Numbered from the stretch's first letter, positions 50,442 through 63,851 are shown. The stretch is 64,000 nucleotides of DNA from Fimbriosthenelais zetlandica (GCA_977030845.1 OZ365109.1:58528001-58592000), one strand, 5' to 3'. Numbers and translations are program-made. The notes: generated by a model not told the origin, from the letters alone.

Positions 50442-52349
50442 CAGACTATAGAACATTGTCCCTGCACGAGACTAGACATCAGAATTATCTAGAAAAGAAG
50501 GAGAGATCTTCCCTAGGCCTGATTATATCTGCTTACGTCAGATTCTATCCACGGAATGTGAAGGGCTGGCATCTTCATGACAATTATGGTATCATGTTCT
50601 GCAACAATTTTATATCCTTCACAGATCAGCGAATTATTTGAGGTCATTCATGTAGCTAATATATGTCGTAATAGTGTATTTACGAGATGCTTTGTTTTTT
50701 GTTTGGTTGGCCATAGACATATAAGGCATACACTTATTTTAGTGGTCGTTTTGATACAGGATATGGCCTAACCCAAGGGAGAGCAGCAGAGTTCTTCATT
50801 TCTTTTCAATATCAATTGATGATAAACTGCACATCGTGATACCTTTAAGACCAAACCCATCTATAAGACCGCCTAGTGCATAAAGAAGTGTCTGAGCAAG
50901 TTAAGCTGGTAAAATTGCACATATGGAAAGTCAGAGTAGAGCTTGTGCATAAATATGCAAAATATGCATGAGTCCCGTTATTGGCCCTGACTTATCCAAG
51001 GCAATACCAATACAATGGGTTCTGGTGGCTGCAGACAATTAGGCAGAGCCATGTGGATAATCTGGTATTAGGGGATTATGACGGCCATCTTCATTCTATT
51101 GTACTTAAGTCTTAATAATCCCTCTCTCAGCATCCGTAACAAAAGGACTCAAGATTTATCGGCTAACAGTGAAGCGTTCATCAACCTTGATGCTTTTCTC
51201 TTGGCGCCAACCATCCTAATGATAGAGTAGCATAGGTGTCAGGAGGCTGTGGACTTCTTTGGTTCAGTTTCCATAAGAGAAAAATGCCTTTACTCAGTGA
51301 GAAAGTCAACTCTAGCCTTTTATTCTCCGCCGTGTTATTTATACAGACTTCTTGACGAGGCAAATATAATGATTGAGGAATATTGCCTCCATACTTTTTC
51401 CCACAGTTTAATTTTCAGGAAAAATGACTTTTCCTCTTAAATGCTAAAGTAACTTTCTTATTCAAGAAGAGCTTATTGATCACAATAATTTCCCAATAGG
51501 AATGAAAAGCAAAAAATAACAACTCAAGCCCGGGTCCATAGGGCCTTCTTACGTGACTCAACTCATTCTGGGCCTGCAGCATATTTGTTCATAATTTCAT
51601 AATTTCCAACCCCAAAATAGTCACAAATTTTCAACCGATGTTCACCCGATCTTAAAGGTCAGAGACAGCCTGACCCTACCTCTTGTATTATTTTCATTCT
51701 CCACAATAGAGAATGAGGTGGTGGGGTTCAGGAGTGAGCTTAATGAGAAGCTTGGCTTTTGTCTTCCAATTTGACTCATCCATTACCAAATTAGTGTTAA
51801 TTAGTGGGGAGGCTGTCTGGGGGTTCCCCCAGGATCAGGCGGGATTCCCGCTACACCCGGCCATATGGATCCCGCTTGTGGAGTCTGATCATGAAGTGGT
51901 TTGCCCGGCCCTTCTCCCGCCACTCCGCAGCTCCCCTCATCATCCCAATCACCCCTCGTCCGTTTGTGAGAGGACTGTCTAACATTTCTCAATAAGCTCT
52001 CCTACCCTCCAATAGGTACTACTACTTCCCCTGCTCATGTGTGTGTTCTGGATATTCATCCCTCAAACTTTCACACATTGCATACGTTATTTTACCTCTA
52101 AAAGGTTGTTTTGACCAGGACTTCTCCAGGGGACCGACAAACAACATAAATCAGGTGACCATGGCAGTCACAATCTGGATTGATACGATTGATTTTAAGC
52201 TATTGGCCACAAGCTCCTCTACATGTATGTACAAGTAAAGGGACTGGTTCCAGCTTGCAGGAGATCCTGTGTGAATTTGCAACATTGGGGCTAAGTTACA
52301 ACTGCATGTCACTAAATTGCAATGGATGAGACCCTGATCAATTGGCCTA

Positions 52350-52870
52350 TCATAGAGCACTTCTAATTCCCATCCGCATTCATTTCATCCTTTTCTCTTC
52401 CTCTTTCTTGTCCCTGAAACATAATATTATCCTTTGTTATCGGCCTATACATCTGTTCCCTCTCCTCCGGCACATCCCCAGACTTCTGAACGCTTCTCGC
52501 TCTTCATCACCAATAATCAATTGACCTTTTCCTCTCTAAAACAATTTCCCTATTGTATCGCTCTCCTCAACCTGTACCAGCCTCACTCCCTGCTAATACT
52601 CTCCCTATTGCCTCGTACAAGCTAAGTTCACATTCATTCACGTTATGTATTGTTGGCCCGCGCTGGTGAATCCTTCCCAAGGGAGAAAGTATTACAAGAA
52701 ACCATCCTTCTCTCCACCTCTATTTCTGTCTGTCATGTTGTCTCCATTTTAGTTTCTCTCTAGTCTTTGTCACATTTTCCACTCCTCCCATTTGTCCCAA
52801 CCTGCTTGCTATATAGTTCATTTTTTTTTTATCTATTACCTTTCTGCATTTTTTCATGTTTAATTCCTAT
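52350..52870 (+). other. G-poor, pyrimidine-rich low-complexity block
   Basis: The plus strand is dominated by C/T runs with very few G over most of the interval. Confidence 0.6.
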
Positions 52871-53050
52871 TTGTTGCACAGGATGCTTCCCATACATTGC
52901 CTCATTTGCCTACACCAATTCTACATTAAATATTTTCCTCTTTAAGAGAACTTCATCTAATAAGAGACTAATAAGTGCCTTTAGATGATTGGACGCCAAC
53001 CAGCAAGATCCAATCCGTACAAGGCCTAGATCAAAATGTGTTGGGTTTAG

Positions 53051-53165
53051 GACCCGATCTGCAGGCTGTTCATCCCCGGGAACACGACCCAATGTGCATC
53101 CCGGAGACTGAACCCAATCTGCAGCAGGCTGGGCCAAATCAAGAAAAATTAAGACCCAATTTGCA
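53051..53165 (+). repeat. Four degenerate 13-bp repeats (consensus GACCCAATCTGCA)
   Basis: GACCCGATCTGCA 53051, GACCCAATGTGCA 53086, AACCCAATCTGCA 53111, GACCCAATTTGCA 53153. Confidence 0.7.
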
Positions 53166-54484
53166 AAGACACTTGGCATATGTATGCACTTATTGCACGG
53201 ACTCCCTATAATCTTTCGCTGTGCTGCACACAACTCTAGTTCAGCTTCACCCCATGTTCTCTGACAACTTCTGGGTTGCAAGGAAAAGCACCACACTCGT
53301 TCAGGCAGGCCACGGTTGGACGACCCTCAATCCCTGAAAGGATGGACCAGCTGCTGGCGCCACCACATAGGACTTTTAGGGACTAACACAGAAGTCACAT
53401 CGCATAGTACCACAACCAGTGCTGGGAAATTAGTTATGAAGTAGAAATGTCCATGAATACTATCAAAAGAAGTAGTTTAATTTTATTATTTCACTGAGAG
53501 TACGCCTATAATGCAAAATTATCATGACATTAATTTCAAGAATAGACCAATTTCTTTGATCGAAATAGACCTGCAAGCTACTAAATAATATTTAGGGATA
53601 AACAGAAAAGCTGATGTTGTGATCTGATCTTTATCAAATAGTTATGATAGAGAACAGAACATGGGAATAATAGACAATCAGCCTGATCCGAAACACAGAT
53701 CAAAATAAGCTAGAATCAAATAGCTACATGCAGTTATAGTCTGATAGGGATCTGTAGCCAGAGCATTTGACGATACTGATCATTGCTAGTTGTAGTAGAG
53801 AATCTGATTTCTCTCCCAACTTGCCTTGCACTCCACATTCAAATTATAACTGGCCAGTCAGATGTTTTTAGCCATGCAATACATCTCTCCCCTCGCTGAT
53901 ATGGGCTATTTCATATCCCCGTGATCTTAATCTTATAAATGGACGACACTAAGCTAAGGTCACTAATGGAGCAACAATGTGACGATAATGAAGTCCGGGG
54001 ACAATTCATCATAACCACCCCAAGCCACTGCAAATCAAGAAAATAATCTAGTCAAAGTGTTGCGGATTCAAATGCCAACTAGGCCTACAGACTGTCTCCC
54101 AAATTTACACATTACCACCAGTGTTTATGTAGGGTGCATTTCCAAGCCTCAGAGGTCATTGCTAAGCCACAAGCTTTGCCATTATTTAAAGTGTGAATTA
54201 GAATAAAGAAATAGCCTACTGGTGCAATATTTCCAAAGATTTAAGTGGGCTGTATTCTCTGATAATCTTGCAAGAAACTTTAGATTGCACGTTTTTGGCA
54301 TTAAAGTTTTAATATAAACGTGGCAGTGATTTTCAACCCCCTCTCCACTCTAATCAACCCCTGACCCCTTAGACTGAGAGGAAGGGTCGCCGACAAGAGC
54401 CTAACAATCAGGCAGGCCGTATTCATGTTTTATTGTTAAAAATCTCATCTTATCTTTGGCGATTATCTTGAACAACACCCGCAC

Positions 54485-54650
54485 CGTGCGCTATGGTCGC
54501 TGCCTGTAGCGGCGGTCGCGCTGTGACGCGCGCGTGTGCGACGTTCGCTCCAAGCAACGACGTCGTTAGGGCGAGGCATTCAGGGGCTGATGGTTATCTG
54601 ACGATCAGTGGGTGAACCCGCCCTCTACTCTAGCCTGGCGGCGGTCGTGG
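54485..54650. promoter_or_regulatory. Very CpG-dense islet with an alternating purine-pyrimidine run
   Basis: 18 CpG in 54485-54573; ACGCGCGCGTGTGCG 54526-54540; palindrome AACGACGTCGTT 54556-54567. Confidence 0.4.
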
Positions 54651-56779
54651 GTACTACAGTCTCATTAAAATCTAGCCTAGATAGATTTTTAACTCCTTTC
54701 CAGAGAAACAAGTCAAACCAAACTCCATTTGTGAGATAAAGTGACAATATGGCAGTGGGCAATTTATCGAATCACATGATTAGATGTCTTTCTACAAACG
54801 CCACTAAAGGAAAAAGCAATAGTATAAAAAAGTATTAGGCCAATGGTCTACATTTTTATGACATGTCAGTTGGGAGTAACTAAGGGTATTCTCTCGGATG
54901 GAAGATATCAATTCTGTAGGCCAATGATTTATAGATTTGGCGCCCTTTTACCCGACATCCTGCTTGGACAGGTATGTATTTTTATAATTTGAAATAGAAT
55001 GTTTGCCTGTTCATGCCTCGTTAGTACATGCTTCAGGCATTGTCTCCTGGGGCTCCTGATCCCTATCCTATAATATCTTTCACCACCCACTTACAACCCA
55101 AGACTTCGACACCTGTAATTGTCAGAAAAGGGGCTTAAATCTTACGATTAAAGCGAAAGGACTATGGTTAAAAAAGGGTCACAGATATAGACCCCATCCC
55201 CCTGGCGCTTTTTTCATACATGGTCTGTTTTCGATACAGACATACTATCTATTCTAACCAGCGAATGTCTGGATATCCCCCGAGAGGCATAGATTACAGG
55301 TATATTGTATGACAGACTTATATCTGACCCACGTGGTATTTCTTTGACCAGTGGTCAGTGAACGGGAGCCAGACAGGCAGGCACTGACCGCAGGTGCTAG
55401 ATGCCATCGTCTTTTGTAGCTCGCTAATCCCTCGTACAATCCGGAGAGGCAGGGGTTAATGAGTCGCTAGGATTCCCGCAGGTAAATGCTTGGTTAATTA
55501 AATACCTTTGTCAGACAATAATCAACCAAGCATGTGGAATAATACAGTAACGAATATCAGATTTAAGAAAGAAAAGAACCAGGTGTACAGATTCCCTATC
55601 GATACACTGATCATTACATGTATTATATATATTTCAAATACAATTTAAAGGACAGACCTAGGTGATGCATAAAATATTTCAATATTCAAGTTTACATTTT
55701 CATGATAAAAATAAAGAATCTCAGTCCACTAGAAAATGCATGCATCATAATGTAATAAAGTAATGAGAATAATTCAGTTATAAGTCATATGCTATAAGAT
55801 AGACCCATGCCTAACTGTATGAATTTGAAATTGATTGTAATTTTGCACTCGTGAAAGCCATTAATGACATCTTTGTAGTATCAGTGCATGGTCACTTTAC
55901 AGGCACGGGTGGTCAGTGGTCAAGCAACAACAGAAGCTTCCCTGGTCACGATATCTTTCCTCCTGACCAGAGCTGTTGGAGAAATGGTCAAAGCTGTCCA
56001 CCCCTTCAATAGAATCTCATTTTATTCTGGTGAACACCAATCACTCGCCCGCTGAATTATTAGAAGGCTTTACTTTGCTTGAGAACAAGTGAATGGAGGG
56101 CCCTTTTAATAAGGAGAACAATTGAGGCACTTTAAGCTCTGACGTGAGTACAATGCATGGATGAATGTGTAAAGGAGAGGTAGAGATAAATTCTACTTGT
56201 CAGTGTGTGTTCTGGGGGAATGGGGGCGGGGGTGTTTAACTATCATAAAGGCAGGTCTGCAGGTAGGAATATTTTAACAGGCATTATGATGAGAGACTTG
56301 GCACGCGCAGAGACATCCTGTTTCAACTTCAAGTTTGAATGGACAGAAATATATAATGGAATAGACATAGGCCTAGTCGATTTTTTCCCAAATAATTATT
56401 ATTAATGGATATTGTTACTATAATAATTTGCAGTAAGAATAATATTGATGCCTCTTTGAGTGCAACAATGTTATCCAAAAGTTTAAGCAAAAGTATTATG
56501 TATACGATTCTGTTCAGCGATTTTGAGCGTCTGAAAGTATTCTTTTTTTTATTAAAGATGTTTATACAGCACAACACAAACAAAACGAGTTTAGGCTCAC
56601 GGGGCTGTTACAAGATTTCTACCGTTCATGATATTCTGCCTAAGGCTGTATCTAGTGCAAAACTAAAGATAAAGAGAAAGAGAAAGAGAGTTGTGAGGGA
56701 GAAAGTCGGTTTGGACAGGAGACACATGCAGTTTAACATCGAGACAGCTGTTGACAAATGACAGTAGACAAGTATAGAC

Positions 56780-56826
56780 AGAAAGTAATATTACAGATGA
56801 AAGAAAGTAATATTACAAATGAAAGA
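56780..56826. repeat. Tandem duplication, period 22
   Basis: AGAAAGTAATATTACA(G/A)ATGAAAGA twice, overlapping, with one mismatch. Confidence 0.85.
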
Positions 56827-58554
56827 TATATTGTTGGTTTTTTTTGCAACTGCATTTTCCTGTTCACATGGGAATCAGACGGACAGCGCACCGAGGCTGA
56901 GGCCCCTTTTAGACTTTAGTTCCTTGTTTGGCCTTGGTGTGGCAGTGCAAGTCGGCCACGTTTCCACGGATCGACCATGCGAGCTGGTCAGGTTTTAGCG
57001 GCATGTTGGGACGAGCGCGGCAAACGATAGCAGAGAGGAGAGAAATGTGGGAAAGTTGGAGAACTAAATCACATGGATTCTATCAGACGAGAGACCTTTA
57101 ATATGGGCACGAAATGTTCTAAGTGTTCTAAACCAATAAACTCAGCAATTTTAAAGGCTCTTGATGAAATGGACCCTACATGACATCTTACACGACTAAT
57201 AAATATATATCATAGCCTAACTACTATATATATGGATTTATACTTTCAATAAGTATTAAACATGCAGAAACTATTTCCCCATAACAGATGAGGTATTTTG
57301 GTATATATGTACTCTAAGACATGCCAAAGAAATATGAGTAGATCTATGTTATTTTAAGGGGCCATGAAGAGGGGCCCAATCGAATGGTGTGCCAAAACTA
57401 CATGTATACCCACTGTGACACGTATCTTACGTACATCATACACTGGAATTCCTCAATTTCAGGAAAACTGAAGAGCTCTAAATTCATTTTAATAAATTGC
57501 AACTTAGTACAGCTTGAATTATAGACGTGAGAAGACAGTCTGCAATAAACTATAACCATACTCCTCATACTACCGCATACAGTGTGCTCTGTGTTGCAGA
57601 ACGGCCCCTTTTATTCCCTCCATTTCAGGGTTTCTAAAATGGGGTTGTACTCTGCACCCCCTGAAGAAGTTCTACAGTGGGTACGCTATGACAGAGAACC
57701 CCCGGGAGCCACCCCTGTTAATGGGGCCAGGGGCTGGGCGAAAGTGGCTTCTCCCCATCTCCCCGTTTTCCCCCATTACAGGCTTGATCAGCCAGCTCTG
57801 CTAGCTGGGCTCTGCAGCAGCGTCGCTGACTCAACCCTCACACTCCCAGTATATCAAATGGGGCTTTTAAAGCGAACATGTACTAAATATTTCCCTTTTA
57901 CCATGTCCCTTTCATTATAAAAAAGAGGATAATTATTTGAAACTTGAGAAAAAAAATTTCTTGGGTTATTTTGCAGAAATGTAAGCCTATAACTGCAGTT
58001 ACTAGCCTACTGTATGGAAAACGTGGACTCTTTGCCCTGTTCTATAATACATCTACGTGTACAGAAACAAGTCAGTGATTAATTAATGTGACAGGAAATA
58101 TCTAAACGAAAGGGATCAAGGGTTTTAATTCATGAGATTAGAACAGCAATAAGGTTTCTAATAAATGTCAGTAATTGCTTTAGAAATAAAGCAATTGTGA
58201 AGGCAAATCAATATGGGAGAAAAAAGAAGACAGGTTAGAAAGCAGTGAGAAGCCGACCCCAAAAATAGTCGTGTGAAGAATGGCAGCCAAGGGTATTGCG
58301 GAGACAGTTTAATATTAATGGGATGATTGTGGTGGGCAAAGAAAATCATCCACAATAAATAAAACTCATCTATAAGCGTCGTTAGCCTCACCAAAACATC
58401 TCCTGAGAGAGATTATCAAAATCATTTCTCATTCAACACCGTCTCAGCAGACAAAACCCCACTAATGTGATCATAATGGGTCATTCTACTCTCAGTGCTT
58501 GCACAGAGATTTGCCTCAACCTCTAAATGCCTCAGCTTGCCTTTCATTGTGCTG

Positions 58555-58830
58555 AAAAGGCGCCCGTCAAAAGGTCTACGACAAGGGAGAGCGCGCGCTC
58601 GGAAAGAGAGAAATGTGTCGCGGGAGGCTGAAGAGGTAGAATCAAATATTTTGCTCGGGACATTGAATCAGAGTTGGGAGAGAGGCGAGCGACTATAAAC
58701 GATGGTGGCTCGATCTGAATGCATGGCAAGCCGCATGCGATCATGTAATCCCAGTAAATAGCATTGATTCAACCCACATTCATCACTCTCCGCGGCTCAT
58801 GGCCAGCCGTGCTCATGGAAAGCAAAAGTG
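58555..58830. promoter_or_regulatory. CpG-rich islet
   Basis: Palindrome GAGCGCGCGCTC 58589-58600; many CpG relative to the flanks. Confidence 0.3.
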
Positions 58831-60632
58831 CAGGCGGTGATGGTGAAGGCCCCTGCTGACTGGTTGCGCCCTTTTCCCATTGGGAAACAAACAATACATG
58901 TATATCCTATAGTTTGGTGTAGCGCTAAGTAAATTTTGCTTTTTTGTTTGATTTGGTCTCAAATCCCCAAACTCCAGAGATTTTTAAGTGAGAAGCATCA
59001 AAGTTTATGTCTTTTGGCTTTGTGTAGCTACAGATAATCTTGCCTCAGATCTGACTATTTTCAAAAGTTACGGACATTTATAACAGATTGCAGATATTGC
59101 TGAATTTCCCCAAGTTGACAAGTCATTATTTTTTGTTAAGCAAAGTGAATGGCTTTTCAGATCCCATCAATGACCTAGGCCTATATGCGAAGGGCCATAC
59201 TCCCGTGACATCAAATTTCCAGAACATTAAACACTGCCTTTCCCAAGTGTGCCCTACCCAGGTGGGTGTTCGTACTATACAGCTGCAATAGTCCGACGAT
59301 TGGCATACCATCTGCTTGAACAATGCATCTGCTTCAGCATACAGCAGCTGGCAATGTGAGCAGCAGCAATCGGCTGAAGCTCCAACTCAATTACGACCAT
59401 CAGACGTAGCAGAGGGCCCTCCCCGGCTCGCCCGCAGACAAGCAGGAGGCGGTTGAAGCCCTTCTTACCAGCTTGCTGAAGGGATTACAGACACTCAGGG
59501 GGTCAGGCAAGAGGGAGAACAGGGCCGAGGAGTATTTATTTATAGGCTTTTTATAATGAAAAGCAAGGCATGGCTGTCTTGAAGCTAACTGATTGATAAT
59601 AATTCAATTGTAGCTTTGTGAAGTGTATTGGAGACCTTTTAAATGGATCTCTCTCGGCTTACCTGACACGGTGTAATGAGGTGTAAGATAAAGCTGTTAA
59701 GGCAATTAGGGCAAGAAGAGGCAGAGTAAGAAGATCACTCAAGACCAAGTGCTGCTTTTTGCTATCCGTCTTCAGCTTTCATTGCCTCCAGTGGAAAGAC
59801 ATGGAGGAGAAGGCATTGAGTGTCACAGACTGCAGGGCTTTACGGGAATCAAATAGTGTTTTCCCTTAAAGAGCCTTATAAATAAGCCATCACAGACCAA
59901 TTTTCTACTCTTTTAATAATATAGACTGGATGCTTTTGAGCTTAGAATTTCATGTTGCCAGAACATGGATGCTTCTTACGAAGTGCATGATGCAACATAA
60001 TATTAAGCATCATTTACGGGACAATTTAATTCATTGCCAAGATGGGTTGAAATGTATGATGAAAAACCAGTCATTTAAAAAATTGATCCCAGATTTGTTG
60101 GTATATAGGAAGGCCTTCTGCAAGTGAAAAATGTCCCAGATGACAGAATGTGTTAATCAAGAAAAAGAATACAATCGCCTTTGAGACATTGGGTATAGCA
60201 TTTCCACACAGGCTGACAATGAGTCTTTCACAAGAAAAAGAAGCTCTCTGAATATCATTTCAGCATAGGCTAGTCCCTGCATGCTGGAAAGACTCTTCCA
60301 CTGCTGGAATGCTTAGACAACGTACACCCCAGTCGAAATTATTTCACAGTTGATTTCAGCTTGCAAGACAGTCATTCGCTTCATAAATTAAATTTTGGGA
60401 AAATTTTTCAAAGAGGTGATGAAAACATAACTTTTTGAGGTTATGCTGAGCACCAAATGTAGAGTAACTCATATTTGCTGTTCATGACATTTTCAGATTC
60501 ACTGACAAAGAATCGTACATATAGAGTGTGAGCCTAGGGTTTGTGTCTCTTCCAACTGTGAGCCATTACCACGAAGCTCTGTCATTCTTTGAAGCAGACT
60601 ACACCTGAGCCCCGCTCCATCCCCTGCTATTT

Positions 60633-60652
60633 CTGTTGACTGTTGACTGTTG
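60633..60652. repeat. Short tandem repeat (CTGTTGA), about 2.9 copies
   Basis: CTGTTGACTGTTGACTGTTG. Confidence 0.8.
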
Positions 60653-63600
60653 TCAGGGTGATATATATACCGCCTATATGACTCGTGTAAATGATTCACC
60701 TGTGTTCGTATCTCTGCCTTTCGAGTTGACTTTCTGGGACAAGAAAATAAGAAATCACATCAAGGGGGACCAATGAATATTTCAATTAAAGCTATTAATT
60801 TATAGAATCCTCAAATGCATCTTCCAAGTGCACAATTAATCAAAGGGATGACAAAAAGATTAAGCAGGTTCTCCATAACAATGTCTACATCAATTGAATT
60901 GTCATTGAAACAGTTGCCACAGAGGATGTAAACAACATCCGAGTAGCACGAACACTGACGCGTCATATAATCATCTATATATCATCAAATTGAAAAACAT
61001 GTGTTCCACAGTTGCTATTCTTCCAGTAATAAACAATACCTAAAAATCACCACGGGGGTGTCGTGTAGTGTCTGGAAGGTCGCAGGGCAAACAAAAAGTT
61101 TTTACTATCGTTAAGTACTATAATTTCTTACTCCATGGAACTCAGTAGTAAGAGGACAGTGCTAGGACTGGTCGGCCTGGTGTCAGGAAAATGTGACTAG
61201 GCGAGGTATGTCATTGTACCTGCGACGTGATGCTGCAGTGAGGCATGCAGTACTCTAAAAGAGCATACATGTATATATACGGTAAGGCTCACTGTTACTG
61301 TCAAGATTTATTATATATGGAATCATTTGAAGTGCTGTCATGCATGCAGCGAAGTATATTACCAAAATAGTATATGGTAGTCCCCAGATCAGAACAATAT
61401 GACAGCTTGAGTCTAAAGTTGACTCATGTCTAATACCAACGAGAGTAAAATATCCACACCAAAAAGTTATTTTACTCTCGTTGCTATTACCAAGTAAATC
61501 AATACTACAGAAAAGTATTTTTATATATATTATTTAGAACATACTTTCTCCCAATGAAAAAAGGCAATATATCAGTACAGCATCGAGAACCTGGTGATTA
61601 AACCAACATTTTTCCCCTCTCTCTCAGATAGACATCTCTTTGCAAATGCGGAAAAACCCCTTTCTTGGAATCCTCCTTCAAGACGGTGATGAAACGAAAG
61701 CGGAACGCCTGGCTAGCTGCACGACACTCTGGAGACTATTGGATGAGGAGATCAAAGGTTGCCATTGACAACTGGGACCCTCACTGGATCCTGAATCTCG
61801 TAGATAGGAGTAGAATTGCCTTGATGAAAGAGCATGGGGTAAAAGTTCCCAGGTACCATCTCTGGTAGGCCTTCACCATTCATCATAAAATGCTGCACGA
61901 AGCATGGGGTTATCGCGGCTTTGGAAGAGACCACTTCCAAGCTTTTCTCTCCTCTTTAAAGGCCGTGCTCCATGTTTTATTCAAGGAGTTTAACTTTAGA
62001 GAGAATTTACAATACAATGTCAGGAGTACAAAGGCGAGGGGCTTTTGTAACTGTGGTGTGAGGTGGAGGGGGCACTGCGCAGGCTCCGAGTTTCACAGAC
62101 ATCAGAGAGAATTAATGAAATCGTGGTGTGGTAACTAGGTACATTGCATGGGTGCTTCATTGGCTTGGAAGTGAGAGATTATGAAAATGTAGTCATAATG
62201 GTTAAAATTCCTATGTAGACCACTAAAATTCCATTGTAATGGATCTATAACTTTTGCGATTTTCTACGATAAAGACTTAACAAAATTAATATGCATGTGA
62301 AGCAGGACATCGTCTGGAAGGATGATTTCGGGGCTTGTTTCATAAAAATGCTTTAGCCTATGGTTATGAAACAGGCCCTTATATAAAGTTAAGAATGTCT
62401 GTAAACAGAGGCGGTTTTTAAATCACATGCCAAACCACCAGTCCAGACTATGTTCGCCAATATCTTTCTGATGGCGGTAACAGTGAAGTAGTATCGACTA
62501 TATAAGCCTCATTATTATAGTGAATATTCAAAATGGAAACAAGTCATTTTCCCCATCATAATGAAATTCTTCTGTCACACAAACCAACCCAAAATCACCC
62601 AGAACCTGAAGCGGTAAGCCGCTTGTGCCGGTTCGTACTGGAGAGCAGAAGTAACCTGAACACTCTATGATCCCTTAATGTGCGACTGTATATTATTCAT
62701 GAGACTAGTTGCTCAGAAATACTCCCAAGCCGCTAGATGACTCTGGTTACAGGCCAAAACGCCCCACCCGAGGCGGGATCTACAACTGGTGTAAGGTTAC
62801 ATGCATTAGAGCATTGAGTTTCCCATTCTCCCATTGCTAACATCACTTGGAGAGGAGGACCATAAAAAATCTCTTTGTTTCTATGGGCGTGTTTCACTGG
62901 GGAGTATATGTAGGGAGTCATGCAGTGCAATCTTTTATTATGACCCACTCGTGAACATTTGTTTAGTCACAAAGGTTCTTACTTAGTCACCTTTCCCATT
63001 AAATTGCCATTCGGGATCTCATACACAGCTAAATATGGCCATTTTCTAATCCAATTGCCAAGGGAATATTTGATTACTTATATCATTTAATTACTTAATT
63101 TCCAGCACTTACATAATTATTATCGCGTCTTTTTTATAATAATTCCCAACTGACAGTTGAGCAAACGGTCCGGTATGTAATACCTTTTGCATGGCTCCAC
63201 AACATTTCAATATTCCAAGCACAATCATTTATGCTACAATTAATAATGATGGGATCTTTTCGAAAATACGCAAAGACATCGATTTAGGATCAAAATACAA
63301 TGTTTACACAAAGAATTTTATACTACATGAATGCTAACAGGATTAACCTGACCTAGTTGGCAGTGATCAACTTGGAATGCCAAGACAAACAAGCACATTC
63401 ATGACATTCTCCCCATGCCTCTGTCATGCCCTTCTTTCTTCCCCCTTTCACTGATGACCGGAGGCATGGAGCAGACATTAAAGGTATTTTCTGACTTCCA
63501 CTGTCATGAGTGGTGGTATTTAAATGGGTTCTAGAGTCTCATCAAGTCTGATCCCCGCAGCCAACACGCGATATCCGTCGTCTCCATGGCTCCATCTCCA

Positions 63601-63851
63601 GTGTCCTTGCATGGAAGCTTCATTTTGCTTGCTTGCATGCAGACTTTGCGAAGCCTTGAAACTCTATCCAATTCTACGTGGGCAATGCGCGTTGCCTTTA
63701 TGTTACTTGTTCTTGTAATGTTCTGTTTGCATGTGCTTGCCTTTGTATATGCTGCACTGTACGAGTAACGGTACAGAATAAAACTCGATACAAAGCACTA
63801 CCGAAGATCATAAAAACAACATTGGGAACATGTACATGTATAACAGGCTCC

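Noticed and set aside
54485-54510. Partial resemblance to the 5' end of SRP (7SL) RNA (..TGG.CGC.TGCCTGTAG)
   Set aside because: The following conserved TCCCAGCTAC/CGGGAGGCTGAG segment and the S-domain are missing.
61628-62138. Strong acceptor (polypyrimidine plus AG at 61626-61627) followed by a 169-codon frame with one internal stop
   Set aside because: The long frame is cut by a TAG right after the acceptor and resembles no protein I recognise. About one such near-open frame is expected by chance in six frames. A BLASTX search would settle it.
62609-62643. GC hairpin AAGCGG-TAAG-CCGCTT as a Helitron 3' end
   Set aside because: The downstream CTGG is not followed by the expected target T, and no 5' TC end or copies were found.
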